Position numbers and translations under genes: made by a program. The notes beneath the pieces are model-generated. The model had not been told where the DNA came from. It made no database searches and saw only the letters and a program-made list of their open reading frames with translations. This document shows positions 36,106-48,560 of a stretch of DNA of 64,000 bases, in pieces. Each line of letters opens with the position of its first letter. Position 1 is the first letter of the stretch. This DNA is from Chiloscyllium plagiosum (taxonomy: Eukaryota), in NCBI RefSeq assembly GCF_004010195.1, contig NC_057720.1:35204711-35268710 (forward strand). The letters run 5' to 3'.

Positions 36106-37265
36106 AGAACAAAGAAAATTACAGCACAGGAACAGACCTTTCTATCGAAACCTGTCACCTATTTTCCAAGGGTCTGTACCCCTTTGCTCCCTGCCCATTC
36201 ATGTATCTGTCTAAATATATCTTAAATCACCCCTACCACCTCCGCTGGCAATGTGTTCCAGGCACCTACCACCCTCTGCATAAGAACTTTCCAAACATAA
36301 TTCCCCTAAACTTTTCCCCCCCACACTTCGAAATCGTGACCCCTAGTAATTGAGTTCCCCACACAGGGAAAACGTTTCTTGCCATCCACCCTGCCTCTAC
36401 CTCTCATGATTTTGTAGACCTCAATCAGGTCCCCCCTCAATCTCCGTCTTTCTAATGAAAATAATCCTAATCTACTCAACCTCTCTTCATATCTAGCACC
36501 CTCCATACCAGGCAACATCCTAGTGAACCTTCTCTGCCTCCTCTCCAACTCATCCACATCCTTTTAGTAATGTGGTGACCAGAACTGTACGCAGTATTCC
36601 AAATGTGACTGAACCAAAGTCTTATATAACTGTAACATGACCTGCCAACTCTTGTACTTAATACCCTGTCCAATGAAGGAAAGCATGCCATATGCCTTCT
36701 TCACCACTCTATTGACCTGTGTTGTCACCTTCAAGAACAATGTATCTGAACACCCAGATCTCTCTGTACATCAATTTTCCCTAGGACTTTTCCATTTACT
36801 GTATAGTTCACTCTTGAATTGGATCTTCCAAGACGAATCACCTTGCTTTTGCCCGGATTGAACTCCATCTGCCATTTCCCTGCCCAACTCTCCAATCTAT
36901 TTATATTCTGCTATATTCTCTGACAGCCCCCTTCACTACCTGCTACTTCACCAATCTTAACTAAACTTGCTAATCAGACCACTTATCCCTTCCTCCAAAT
37001 CATTTATGTATATCCCAAACAGCACGGATCCCTGTGGAACACCACTGGTCCATTTTTAGAAACTCCCTTCCACTACTATGCTCTGTCTCCTGTTGCCCAG
37101 CCAGTTCTTTATCCATGTAGCTATAACACCCTGGACCCCATGCGACTTCACCTTCTCCATCAGCCTATCATGGGGAACCTTATTAAATGGCTTATTAAAA
37201 ATGCACGTATATGACATCTACAGCCCTTCCCTCATCAATCAACATTGTCACTTCCTCAAAGAATT
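36106..37265 (-). mobile_element. CR1 LINE fragment
   Basis: [35 protein letters not shown]. Confidence 0.95.
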
Positions 37266-37952
37266 AACAGAAGATGCAAGAAATGTTCATTGATGCTCTG
37301 TGCTCAACCTCTGCTCTTCAGCTTTATTTGCATTAAACTAGAAAGAGATAATCAAATAATGGCAATGGTTGTGAAACAACAGAACTGATCAAGAGGAGAA
37401 AATGACAATTCAAGTTAGAAGTCTACCTGAAGCACTATGATTTGATTACAGCTATCACATTGGAAGAGAAACAGCATTAATAGCATTTGAAATTGATTTG
37501 TGCCTATTCCTAGTTTGACTGCTGCCAGCAAGACAAAAATCATCAATAATGTCAGCTGTAGAGATTGGTGCAGGGTTGGGTTTTGGCATAGATTCCTTCC
37601 CGAACAGCAGAGCCATTTCTCCAAGCTCAAAAACCCATGTACAGCAGCACAGTTCAAGACACTGTCTCCTCCTCAGCTCTATAGATATTGCAGCTTGCTG
37701 CACACTTTAAGGCAAGGTTTAATTCAGAGATGGAGATATGTAGAGAGATTAGGTAGTGGCAACCAAACTTCCTGAGATATGCTGTAAAGTATCTCATGTC
37801 CCAAATAAATTTGATCTGTTTAAGAAGAGGATTGAGACCATGAGAGTTTGGAAGCAGAGGGGCAGTCTATAAAAATTGGGATTACCATGGGATGTGGAGG
37901 TCTGCAAAGGATCAAAACATCTAGTTTATCTGATGATGACGAGTAGGATCAA

Positions 37953-39473
37953 TGTTATGAGTAACATTACAAATTAAAGTAAATTTCAGAGTATATCATC
38001 TAAAACTCCTGTAATATAGATAGAAAACTGATCAGATTCAGGTGATTTTATTAATCAATGTGGAGGAAAAGCAAAGAAAGAATACACCTTCTCTGAATTC
38101 TCAGAATGAATTATGAAGTTAACTATTGCCTCCTCTCTAATTGACAAATTCCATAAAATCTTGCCAGAAGAGCTGAATGGGCACCTCACAAAGGGCACAG
38201 AACAGAATGAATGCAAATAAAAAGCAATGATCTCAGGGAAACCGTGTTTACAAGCCTCAAAGTCTGAAATGTCCTTTGTTTAAATATCCAAAGCACCCAA
38301 GCAAAGCAAGGAGTATAGTAACTGCAGACCTCCCACAAACTGCATAACTGCCCTGCACAGGCTGACAAATGCAAAGTCTACAGAGTTAGACCAAACTCTG
38401 CAAAAGGTCCAAGAGCAGCAACACAGAAAGAGGATTGAGTGGTTGCTGCTCAAACTACAAAAATACGCTCTCCAGATGTCACAGAAAGCAAAACCCTTTT
38501 ATTAGTCAAACCAAATGCATAGACCCATCTATGAAATTGGGGAATTCCTGATCAAAATGGATGAGGTGAATCAAGATAAAGATGCTACAGGTGAAAGCCG
38601 CCATTTCATGTGAACCACTTAACAGAGGAGGTGCAGTCTCTTTACAAAACGGATGCTTTTGCAAAGCTCCAGATTGTCCACTCCAGTTGGCTTGAGAGCA
38701 TCGATGGGAAGTGAAGGTTGGTGCAATGCAAGGGAATACACTATACTTTCCTCATTTTTAAGAGCATGAACGTTGTTGCTGTTTCTCTTTTTTTAATCAA
38801 TTTTGGTTTGGAGCCATGAGCTGTAGATTGAAGGTAATCCTTTGGCTTCGAGCAAAGAACAAACAACCTGATATTTGTTAATAGGACCTAGCCTGGAAGT
38901 TAATTGCAGGTTGTTTCTTGTTTAAAGAATACTGTGGATGACTCGATTCTGGAGATGAATTATGCTCAAGTGTTGGCAGATGTTCAGATGTTAACAGGGA
39001 CCATCACAGGTGAGCTAGTGACAAGCACTCTAATAAAGAGAATGTTGCAAAAAACAGAAAGAGAATGAAAGTTTGAATTCGTTTTGAATGGTGTGCTTTT
39101 TGTCAAAAAGATTGTGGCAGCCAAAGCCACAGGATAGAGAATTGACAGTTCCTGGTTATGTTCCCAGCATCAACTTAATGAAAGTTTGGAGAATAGAATC
39201 TCAGCAAGAATCAAAGAAGATTGGGTTTAAATCATGGATGTAATTAGATTATCTTATTCTTTAATTTTGTTTATTGAAAGCTGCTGTATTAATAATAAAT
39301 AATTCATTCTTTAGTTTAAGATAAATGTGGTGTCTGGTATTGGTTTATCAAAGTTTGGTTACATGCCCCTGGGGTCAATTTTGAAGGTTATTGAATGTTT
39401 TAATTTTATTATGATGTGAATACAGGGATAGAGAGGCTGATTTGATTTGGCTTCCTGTCTTTGTGTCATGACA
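37953..39473 (+). mobile_element. Possible solo LTR
   Basis: TGTTATGA..TCATGACA inverted termini and AATAAA near 39294; no TSD found. Confidence 0.3.
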
Positions 39474-39597
39474 ACTTGTGGAAGTCTTTTATCCAACAAG
39501 GATGAAGTTTAAAGCAAACAATAACTCAATAATGAGATGCCTGGAATCTCTAGCCCTGAAATGTAGTCTGATGGCATTCCTCCTTGTGGGACCGTTT

Positions 39598-39897
39598 ATG
39601 GCCAGAGGGCGTAATCTTAGAACCTGGAGTCATCCATTTACAACAGAGATGTAGAGGATTTCTTTTTCCCTCACAGAGTGTTGAATGTTTGGAATTCTTT
39701 CTTCAGAAGGCTATCAAGGATGGGTTGTTAAGTACATTCAAGACAAAAGTAGACAGGTTTTTATTCGTTAAGGGAATCAAAGGTATAGGAAATGTAAGGA
39801 AATGGAGGTGATAATTATCAGATCAACCATGATATCATTGAATGGTGGAGTACACTGGATGGGCCAAATGGCCCACTTCTGCTTTTACATCTTTTGG
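39598..39897 (+). mobile_element. Old CR1 3' end
   Basis: SQSVECLEF region resembles FSQRVVNVWNSL; CR1 3' UTR. Confidence 0.85.
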
Positions 39898-41374
39898 TTT
39901 TATTCCAAGGACACCAACCTAGTCAACAGAAAAAAACCTGTCCTACCGCATAACACACCAACTTTCCCATGGAATAAGGTATAGAACGCTGCAGGCAGAG
40001 ATTGATGCCAGTCTAAACGTCCAATGAATTTAGATCAGTATAAGGCTCCAAACAATAATATCACAGAAGCTGAAACAGTGATAATGGAAAATTTACACTT
40101 GCAAGTGACTGTATAAATAAGTATAACTTATAATAAATAAGTATAAAATAATAATTATTAATAACATGTGTAAGGAAAAAGAATAATAAGTATAAACAGG
40201 TATAATTTTCATTTGGTCTGTTTCAAGTCTCCATTGATCTCTTTAAAACAATAGCACATTGTCCCTTGTTTGAACTTTTGTAATTAATTTGTATGGTATC
40301 TTGAAATTTTATTACAGTAATCAACTTAGTGAAAGACCTGATTGTTTTGCTTGAAATACTTATTGAAAATGCTTCACATTTACAGAGTCATCAAAACAAT
40401 TATAAGAGTCAAACAAAATGGGCATCCCTTCATCTGTACACATTACAAAAGTCATAGACTATGAAGCATATAATAAAAATTGAAATACATATTTGTAAAG
40501 TGTCAGAAGCATTTGAATCCCAAGGAGATTAAACAGAGGTTGAAAATTCTTGTAAACATTGATCTGAATTTTGATTGATGACAGGAGTGGAATATTGTAC
40601 AGGCCTGAATGATATGGGCTTCGTGAAATTTGTGGTAAAAACACATGAGAAGTTCAGCCTGACTGATCACAATGTCGGGAGCAACTCACTGCACCTTTCA
40701 ATTAAATTCTGAACATCAAGGTGAGATTCTTGCTATGAAATGATAAGTTGCTTTTTAAGGGAGATTATGACTTGTTAACAACATCAATAACCACTCATCT
40801 CACCTCATCACTATGCAGATTCTTATGCTACTATCCTCAGTGACCAAAATGGTTGCCAAGAATTCTCCAAAGCGCCTCTATATTGGATACTAGACACTAG
40901 CATCTCAGTGCAAACTCCAGGGCACCAGCCACATGCTCCCCACATCCATGAACCTTGCTCTCTGACATGTGCCAGGCATTAAGAGTCCTCATGGCATACC
41001 TCCCGTCCATTTACACGATGCTTCTGCACTGGCAACTATCTTTGTAATAGTGCAAGGATACTTTGTGCTCAGGTACACGAACCCCACTCATGGACTAGAC
41101 AAGGCTGCAGCATAGTGTTCTCACACTCTGAGTCTACTTGGGTGCTCTCAGTGTCTCTGCTTTGCCTTACTATGCCTTTTCTGCCTTGTCCCTCAGCCGG
41201 CAAAACCAGCGTCACAGAACTGCTACGTGGCCTTGTCAATTAATACAAACACAAAGCTAGGAAGCTTGTCATGGCTGTCAGCGATCCTCAGTCAAGTCAA
41301 GGGAGATAATCCAGTCAGAAGTGCCAAGCCAGTAAATTAATAGCAACCTTCTATTTCAGCCCAGATCTTAGACA

Positions 41375-41590
41375 CTGAGTCGTAAGTCAGGATTCTCTCC
41401 TTATATGGGGTGAGGGTCAAACATGGTAGAGTGGTAGAGCATGAGATTTGGTGGGAGGTGGGTATAGTAGCAGAAATAAAGTGGGTGTAAGGTAGCAAAG
41501 AGAAGGGGGTTGCACTTATGCTGGAGGCATGGATAAGAACTTTGACCTTCTTCCTATCATGTGTGCATGAACTCTTCTGCCGATCCTGTG
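41375..41590 (-). pseudogene. Further Myb/SANT Harbinger-like remnant
   Basis: Minus-strand LTLTPYKERILT resembles LIPYKETILT at 20220. Confidence 0.35.
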
Positions 41591-42399
41591 TATGTTGGAA
41601 AAATTTATATCAGTGAAGTCCAAAAATATGCCAGTAATTTGTTTCCACTATCAAATATCTAATACTGTGAAATTTGTCTCTGTAAGACCTATTTTTAATA
41701 CAACAAATCCTGTTTTACCTCTAGCATGGTTTTCATATTGCACATATATACTTCTTTTAATAGCCAAAAATGATTGGTGAGTTCAAAAGTTGTTGAAAAA
41801 GATGTATAGAGAATGATGTAGCATTTGCTGAAGGACATTGTTCTGACTTCAAATACTCTGCACAAGCCACTTCCCGGATGTAAATACAATAATTTTCAGT
41901 CCTTTGGCCTGCAGCATGACTGAAACAATGAGGGGAGTTGACACAGAAGAGGACAGGCTGCTGGAAAAGGAAGGGGAAGATTTTCAGCTGGAAATAGCAT
42001 ACAGTCACTGTATGCCTCAAAGCAAGGGACAAAGCATCAGGTCAAGACCATCCTTCTGAAATCTACAACCTGCTGCAGCCATGACCAAGAGTTCGGAAGA
42101 GGGGGAGAGTGGCATTGCCACTGATATTTAGGTGACCATGCCATGAACTATTATGCATCTACCTCCTCTCAGGCTGGCTAAATCGTATTTGCAACTTCCC
42201 AGTTTTCTATCCAGTCCTGTACAATGGAGACTTTTTATCCGAAGATAGCTGAATATATTTCATTCTCACTTACCAAAGTGAACATGTTAACTTATAAGGA
42301 TTGCAGCCTTCCCTATAATGGAACCTTAAACACTTGTTCCACAGACTGATGAGGTCACAGTGTGTATTCCAATTGCATAGACATAAGGTGGAAGATTTT

Positions 42400-42520
42400 T
42401 TTTTTTATAGATATTTTTATTAGAAATTTAACATTTTTACAAGTTTACAAAAATAAACAAAACTCTCAGATATAAACATTCCCTCTTTAATACACCCACA
42501 ACAATACAGTAAAAAACTAT
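42400..42520 (-). mobile_element. Short poly(A) retroinsertion, L1-type TPRT, 16-bp TSD
   Basis: TSD TAAGGTGGAAGATTTT at 42384-42399 and 42521-42536; poly-T; AATAAA on the minus strand; TTTT/AA target. Confidence 0.88.
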
Positions 42521-43015
42521 TAAGGTGGAAGATTTTAACTAGATAGCTAGTAGCCTTTTTTATCCACATTTTGAACTTGATCTAAGATTAAAATTTAACA
42601 ATGGACAGAGGGTTCATTGCATTAGAAGTATCAAGCACATAATTTTGCATAGAGTAGCTGAATGTCCACAGCCTTAAGCTTGTAATTCCACATACATTTT
42701 CAATTACTTCAATAATTTCAAAGTTTTCACAGCTCCTGGCCAGCTGAATATAACTTTGTTGTCAGATTTAAAAACGTTCTCTCTCATTTGCAGTCTTGCT
42801 CTCCCCCGTTGCAAAGGCATCTGATATACCAGCATGCAGTTTGCCTCACTACTGCCCCTCTTCCAGCATGCTTCTCTCCCCCTGTCCCTGTACCCTTCTT
42901 CTCTCTCCATCCCTTTGCACCTTCCCCATCTCACCCAATACTATTGCAGCCTCTTTCTTCACCCTCCAACCATCCCAATGCAGTTTTTTTCTTTTCCCCT
43001 ACCCAGGCAGACACA

Positions 43016-43116
43016 TCAGTTTGAGGTAGTTTGGGCTGAGGTTAGGAATAGGAAAGGTGAGGTCACCCTGTTAGGAGTCTTTTACAGGCCTCCTAATAGT
43101 CCTAGAATCATTGAAG
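43016..43116 (+). repeat. Displaced identical copy of the young CR1 5' end
   Basis: Identical to 43332-43432; flanked by a 36-bp direct repeat (42982-43017 and 43115-43150). Confidence 0.95.
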
Positions 43117-43331
43117 TTTTTTTCTTTTCCCCTACCCAGGCAGACACATCCCTCCCTAGACAATACCATTCATTTTACTAAGACTGACATAGAGTATAAG
43201 AGCAAGGAAGTTACAGTTGGCATCAACTGGAGTAATGCATCAAGTTCTCTGTGCCATACTTTAAGAGGGATGCTAAGGCATTGAAGAAGATGTAGGAGAG
43301 ATTTAAAAGAATGTTTCCAGGGAGCGGAATG

Positions 43332-46073
43332 TCAGTTTGAGGTAGTTTGGGCTGAGGTTAGGAATAGGAAAGGTGAGGTCACCCTGTTAGGAGTCTTTTA
43401 CAGGCCTCCTAATAGTCCTAGAATCATTGAAGAAAGGATAGGGAAGGTGATTCAGGAGATGAGTAACAGTAATAGGGTGGTTGTTATGGGGGATTTTAAC
43501 TTTCCTGATATTGATTGGGAAAGCTATAGCTCAAGTTCGTTAGATGGGTCAGTGCTTGTTCAATGTGTGCAGGAGAGTTTCCTGACACAATATGTAGACA
43601 GGCCAACAAGAGGTGAGGCCATACTGGATTTAGTTCTGGGTAACGAACCAGGCCAGGTGTTAGAATTAGAGGTAGGTGAGCACTTTGGGGATAGTGACCA
43701 TAATTCGGTGATTTTTACACTCGTGATGGAGAGGGATAAGTGTGTACCACAGGGCAAGAGTTATAGCTGGGGTAAGGGAAATTATGAGGCGGTGAGGCAT
43801 GACTTAGGATGTGTGGCTTGGAAAAGTAGACTCCAAGGCAAGAGTGTAAATGATATGTGGAACTTGTTCAAGGGGCAACTATTGAGTGTCCTTGATAATT
43901 ATGTACCTGTCAGGCAGGGAGGAAAGGGTCATGCGAGGGAGCCGTGGTTTAATAAGGAATTGGAATCCCTTGTTAAATGGAAGAGGGCAGCCTATCTCAA
44001 GATGAGACGTGAAGGTTCAATTGGGGCGATTGAGAGTTATAGGGTAGCCAGGAAGGACCTGAAGAGAGAGCTAAAAGCAGCAAGGAGGGGACATGAAAGG
44101 TCCCTAGTCGGTAGGATTAGGGAAAACCCTAAGGCTTTCTATAGGTATGTTAGGAATAAAAGAATGACTAGGGTAGGAATAGGTCCAGTCAAGGATAGTA
44201 GGGGGAAGTTGCGTGTGGAGGCGGAAGAGATTGGGGAGACACTGAATGAATACTTTTCTTCAGTATTCACTCAGGAACAGGGCATTGTTGTCGATGAGAA
44301 TACTGAGGCACAAATAAGTAGAATGGATGGCTTTGAGGTATGTAGAGAAGAGGTATTGGAAATCCTGGAAAAGGTGAAAATAGATAAGTCCCCTGGGCCT
44401 GATGGCATTTATCCTAGGATTCTCTGGGAAGCAAGGGAGGAGATTGCAGAGCCATTGGCCTTGATTTTTATGTCCTCTTTGTCTACAGGAGTAGTCCCAG
44501 AAGACTGGAGGATAGCAAATGTGGTCCCCTTGTTCAAAAAGGGGAGTAGGGATAGCCCTAGTAACTATAGGCCGGTGAGTCTCACTTCCGTTGTGGGCAA
44601 AGTCTTAGAGAGAATTGTAAGGGATAGGATTTATGCACATCTGGATAGGAATAATGTGATCAAGGATAGTCAACATGGTTTTGTGAAGGGCAGGTCGTGC
44701 CCCACAAACCTTATTGAATTCTTTGAAAAGGTGACGAAGGAGGTTGATGAGGGGAAAGCGGTAGATGTGGTATATATGGATTTTAGTAAGGCGTTTGACA
44801 AGGTTCCCCATGGTAGGCTACTGCAGAAAATACGGAGATATGGCATTGAGGGTGAGTTGGAGGTTTGGATTAGGAATTGGCTGGATGGAAGAAGACAGAG
44901 GGTAGTAGTTGATGGCAAAGTTTCTTCATGGAGTGCCGTCACTAGCGGTGTTCCGCAAGGATCTGTTTTGGGACCATTGCTGTTTGTCATTTTTATAAAT
45001 GACCTGGAAGAGGGGCTAGAAGGTTGGGTGAGCAAGTTTGCGGATGACACAAAAGTCGGAGGAGTTGTTGACAGTGAGGAAGCATGTGGCAGGTTACAGC
45101 AGGATAAAGAGAAGCTGCAGAGCTGGGCAGAAAGGTGGCAGATGGAATTCAATGTAGCTAAGTGCGAGGTGATTCACTTTGGGAAGAATAACAAAAAGAA
45201 TGGGTACTGGGCTAATTGTCGGATACTTGGTAGTGTGGATGAGCAGAGGGATCTTGGTGTCCATGTACACAGATCTCTGAAAGTTGCCACCCAGGTAAAT
45301 AGTGCGGTGAGGAAGGCATATGGCGTACTGGCTTTTATTGGTAGAGGAATTGAGTTCCGGACTCCTGAGGTCATGATGCAGTTGTATAAGACTCTGGTAC
45401 GGCAGCATCTGGAATATTGTGTGCAGTTTTGGTCGCCATACTATAGGAAAGATGTGGAGGCACTGGAACGGGTGCAGAGGAGGTTTACCAGGATGTTGCC
45501 TGGTATGGAAGGAAAATCGTATGAGGAAAGACTGAGGCACTTGGGGCTGTTTTCACTAGAGAAAAGAAGGTTTACGGGTGACTTGATTGAGGTGTACAAG
45601 ATGATTAGGGGGTTAGATAGGGTAGACAGTATGAACCTTTTCCCGACTCCATACGCGGGAAAAGGTTCACACTGTCAACCCTATCAAACCCCCTAATCAT
45701 CTTGTACACCTCAATCAAGTCACCCCTAAACCTTCTTTTCTCTAGCGAAAAAAGTCCCAAGTGCCTCAGTCTTTGGATAGTGGGTTAGTATAGGTTAGGT
45801 GGGCTTGGATCGGCGCAACATCGAGGGCCAAAGGGCCTGTACTGCGCTGTATTCTTCTATGTTCTATGTTCTATTATAAAATTTAAAACTATTTTCCATC
45901 ATCCCAGTCACAGTAGCAGTGGTGGACTCTCCCTCTTTATGGGCATTTAAGCGGGCATTGGATAGGTATATGGAGGATAGTGGGTTAGTATAGGTTAGGT
46001 GGGCTTGGATCGGCGCAACATCGAGGGCCAAAGGGCCTGTACTGCGCTGTATTCTTCTATGTTCTATGTTCTA
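43332..46073 (+). mobile_element. Young CR1 LINE, 5'-truncated within the endonuclease, rearranged 3' end
   Basis: Uninterrupted frame, retained CpGs, (TTCTATG)n tail present twice. Confidence 0.97.
43447..45696 (+). CDS. CR1 ORF2 fragment (partial APE endonuclease plus reverse transcriptase), 749 aa
   Basis: GDFN, LDLVL, SDH, KSPGPDGIYPR, QHGF, DFSKAFD, GVPQGSVLGP, FADD; the final residues are non-native, read from the inversion. Confidence 0.9.
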   Translation: MIQEMSNSNRVVVMGDFNFPDIDWESYSSSSLDGSVLVQCVQESFLTQYVDRPTRGEAILDLVLGNEPGQVLELEVGEHFGDSDHNSVIFTLVMERDKCVPQGKSYSWGKGNYEAVRHDLGCVAWKSRLQGKSVNDMWNLFKGQLLSVLDNYVPVRQGGKGHAREPWFNKELESLVKWKRAAYLKMRREGSIGAIESYRVARKDLKRELKAARRGHERSLVGRIRENPKAFYRYVRNKRMTRVGIGPVKDSRGKLRVEAEEIGETLNEYFSSVFTQEQGIVVDENTEAQISRMDGFEVCREEVLEILEKVKIDKSPGPDGIYPRILWEAREEIAEPLALIFMSSLSTGVVPEDWRIANVVPLFKKGSRDSPSNYRPVSLTSVVGKVLERIVRDRIYAHLDRNNVIKDSQHGFVKGRSCPTNLIEFFEKVTKEVDEGKAVDVVYMDFSKAFDKVPHGRLLQKIRRYGIEGELEVWIRNWLDGRRQRVVVDGKVSSWSAVTSGVPQGSVLGPLLFVIFINDLEEGLEGWVSKFADDTKVGGVVDSEEACGRLQQDKEKLQSWAERWQMEFNVAKCEVIHFGKNNKKNGYWANCRILGSVDEQRDLGVHVHRSLKVATQVNSAVRKAYGVLAFIGRGIEFRTPEVMMQLYKTLVRQHLEYCVQFWSPYYRKDVEALERVQRRFTRMLPGMEGKSYEERLRHLGLFSLEKRRFTGDLIEVYKMIRGLDRVDSMNLFPTPYAGKGSHCQPYQTP

Positions 46074-47099
46074 TTATAAAATTTAAAACTATTTTCCATG
46101 GAGAAACGAAAGCTGTGAGGAGATTTGAAGTATTAAAAACCATGAAGAGTCTGAACAGAGTAGATAAGGAAAAACTTATTTCACTCATGAAAGAATCAAT
46201 AAGAAGACGGTGAAGATGTAAAATAATTGGCACAAATAGCAAAACTGAGAAGAAAATTTTTCAAACAACAAGTTGTTCAGATCTGGAATGCATTACTTAA
46301 GTTTGGTGCCAGATTTCTCCATACATTGATTGCAGGTTATTTTGTCATGTCTGCCAATACACCAAGCAATTCAAATTTCATCAGCCTTCTCTAACAATTG
46401 CAATTAAAAATAAACATGATTTTATAGCACTTCATCACCAATCTTTCTTCTGTACTCAAAAATGAAAAAAAAAAGTTAGCAAGACATTTTTCTTAGCAGC
46501 ATCTTCCAAAACAATCCCCAAACTGTCAAACACTGCAGATTAACAATGCTCTTTCAATTGTGCGTACATAAGAAGCAGTAGATCCAGTCAACTGTAAGTA
46601 CTGAGTTTCTAAAAGGAATTCTAAACAGGAATTTGCCAATTAACAGAAAAGCTACTTCATGGCCACAATAATGATCTAGTTCAGATATCTGTCATGACAG
46701 GTAATCTTGTTGAAAATACTGCCCAGCCTGTCAAATTATTAAAGTTCAGGCAAGCAATAAATCCATTCTGCTCGCAGTGGCAGTGCTAACAGCTTCTTGA
46801 ATTTATATCCATGAAATTAAACAGGACACTACCAGAGCTGTGTTGTGTGATGAACCACATCTACTGCTTCATAATCCATCTACTCCATTTCTTAATTTAT
46901 TTTTTATGTTCAACTTTGTACAACTTTTCGTATTTAGTTATGTGAGAGCTGACAAGATTGAAGAGTTAGATTTTAGTTCTCCATTACATCGAGGCAATGC
47001 AATTCCAATTCTCTAATCAGACAGGGTATAGATTAAATATCGATCAGTAATCAGTTATAAACCACCTCAGAAACTGGCCAGGTTCTTTAGACTTCTGCA

Positions 47100-48560
47100 G
47101 GAATCATGGTCATCAGCTGTCCCTTGACTCAATGATAGTGTCGACTCAGGATTGTGGAATTCTGTTCAGTTCTTCATGGCAGCTGAACAGGCCAATTTTC
47201 AACCTACAAATCTTTGGGCACATGTTGCAGGGCATCCAGAAAGAGTGTGGGATCTGGAGTTCAGGATTTGCTTAATCTTCTTTCCTTCTCTGCCACTGTT
47301 CTCCCTTTTTGTTAATGTATTTGAACTGAAAGCATGATGTAGCTTGATAGACAACTTTGGATGTATGGTAACACATTCCTCCTAGTCAATAGTGTCAATG
47401 CTTCCATTATTTAAGGAATGTTTCTGAGTGTCTTTGAAGCATTTTCTTTGACCTCCCCTGGAACACTGGTCTTTTGAGAGTTGAGAAAAATAATACAGGA
47501 ATCGTAATCTTGAGAAATCAAAATGAGCAGCCTTCATTGCCTGGCAAAACATTTCAAGACTGCAAATCGATAAGAAAACATTGCAAGGTTGACTCCCAAT
47601 GACAAATCCAGAACATAAAAAGCAAGCAGTGAAAAGTGGAGTCCCGAGAAATCCAACCACATGCAAGACGCACAAATGATTTCTGAAGCCTTCAAGGCCA
47701 TCTATAGACCAAGGTTGAATGGAAAAAATTCACTTTGTTAATTGGATGAGGTCTTTCTTCATGCTGAACTCATTTGGTTTCTGCAGCCCTGACCTTTCTC
47801 AAGACAGTTAAAGAAAGTAACATGTATTTGGTGAATAATTGTGTTCTGGACATGAGTGCCCAGCAGGACAGTTATCCTGAAGAACAAAAGCATCATGTGC
47901 TGTGGTATAGTGTAGCATCCCCCACGTGCAACAAGAAACCTGCATATAGAGGCCACTCATGCAAAATGAGAGTGTGGACAGGTTTGGAAAAGTAGAATTC
48001 ATGGAACAAATAAGAAGACATAGTCTGGTTTCTGTTGTTGACATATGCACGGAATTATCTTAATGCAGCTGCACACTTCTCAGATCATTTGCAATGTCAA
48101 CTGCAGAAATATTTTTTCAACCTTTCAGAAACATAGGCAGAGAAAGTTGAACTTCCATCATGGGCTAACATTTTCATAACTCCTGGCAATTGGCTGCACC
48201 CTGTCCATGGAAAGTGATGACTTGCATTGAGGTGCCTGCTGCACATTGTCCTCTCAGGAGACCTCTGGCCAAGTAATTCAACCGAGGTGAGACTGCTGCA
48301 CCAACAGCAAAGGGAAGAGAAGAGGCCTTTACCCCAGGGAGCTGTACAAGCTGTTAAATGTGAGTACACATCTACCAGTACACAACTATTTAAAAGCATG
48401 GACAAATATTGAATGGGGAGAATTCGCAAGGAATACCCATACCTGGGTGACAACATTAACAGATTCAGTTCTGGGACTCAAGACTAAGAGATTTCAATCA
48501 GTGCTAGCTAAAAACATCAAGAGAAGCAGGCATCAAATTGAAGGATATTTATAGAAAATT
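47100..48560. mobile_element. RTE (BovB-like) LINE remnant with inversion
   Basis: Minus 47100-47500: SQL..RGGQRKCFKDTQK and CNMCPKICRLKIGLFS; plus 47510-48560: AAFIAWQN, FKAIY.P, YPYLG. Confidence 0.7.

Larger units (their letters stand above)
43181..46300 (+). mobile_element. Old CR1 (43181-43335 and 46074-46300) hosting the young CR1
   Basis: IEYKSKEV..QLE*CIKF..RFKRMFPG before the insert; LFSMEKRKL*GDL..WNAL after it. Confidence 0.8.

Noticed and set aside
40108..40205. AT-rich TATAAATAAGTATAA repeats as a promoter
   Set aside because: Low-complexity slippage repeat with no CpG island or linked exon.
43447..45696. 749-aa ORF as a host gene or active autonomous element
   Set aside because: It is CR1 ORF2 lacking a promoter, ORF1, the EN N-terminus and the native C-terminus.
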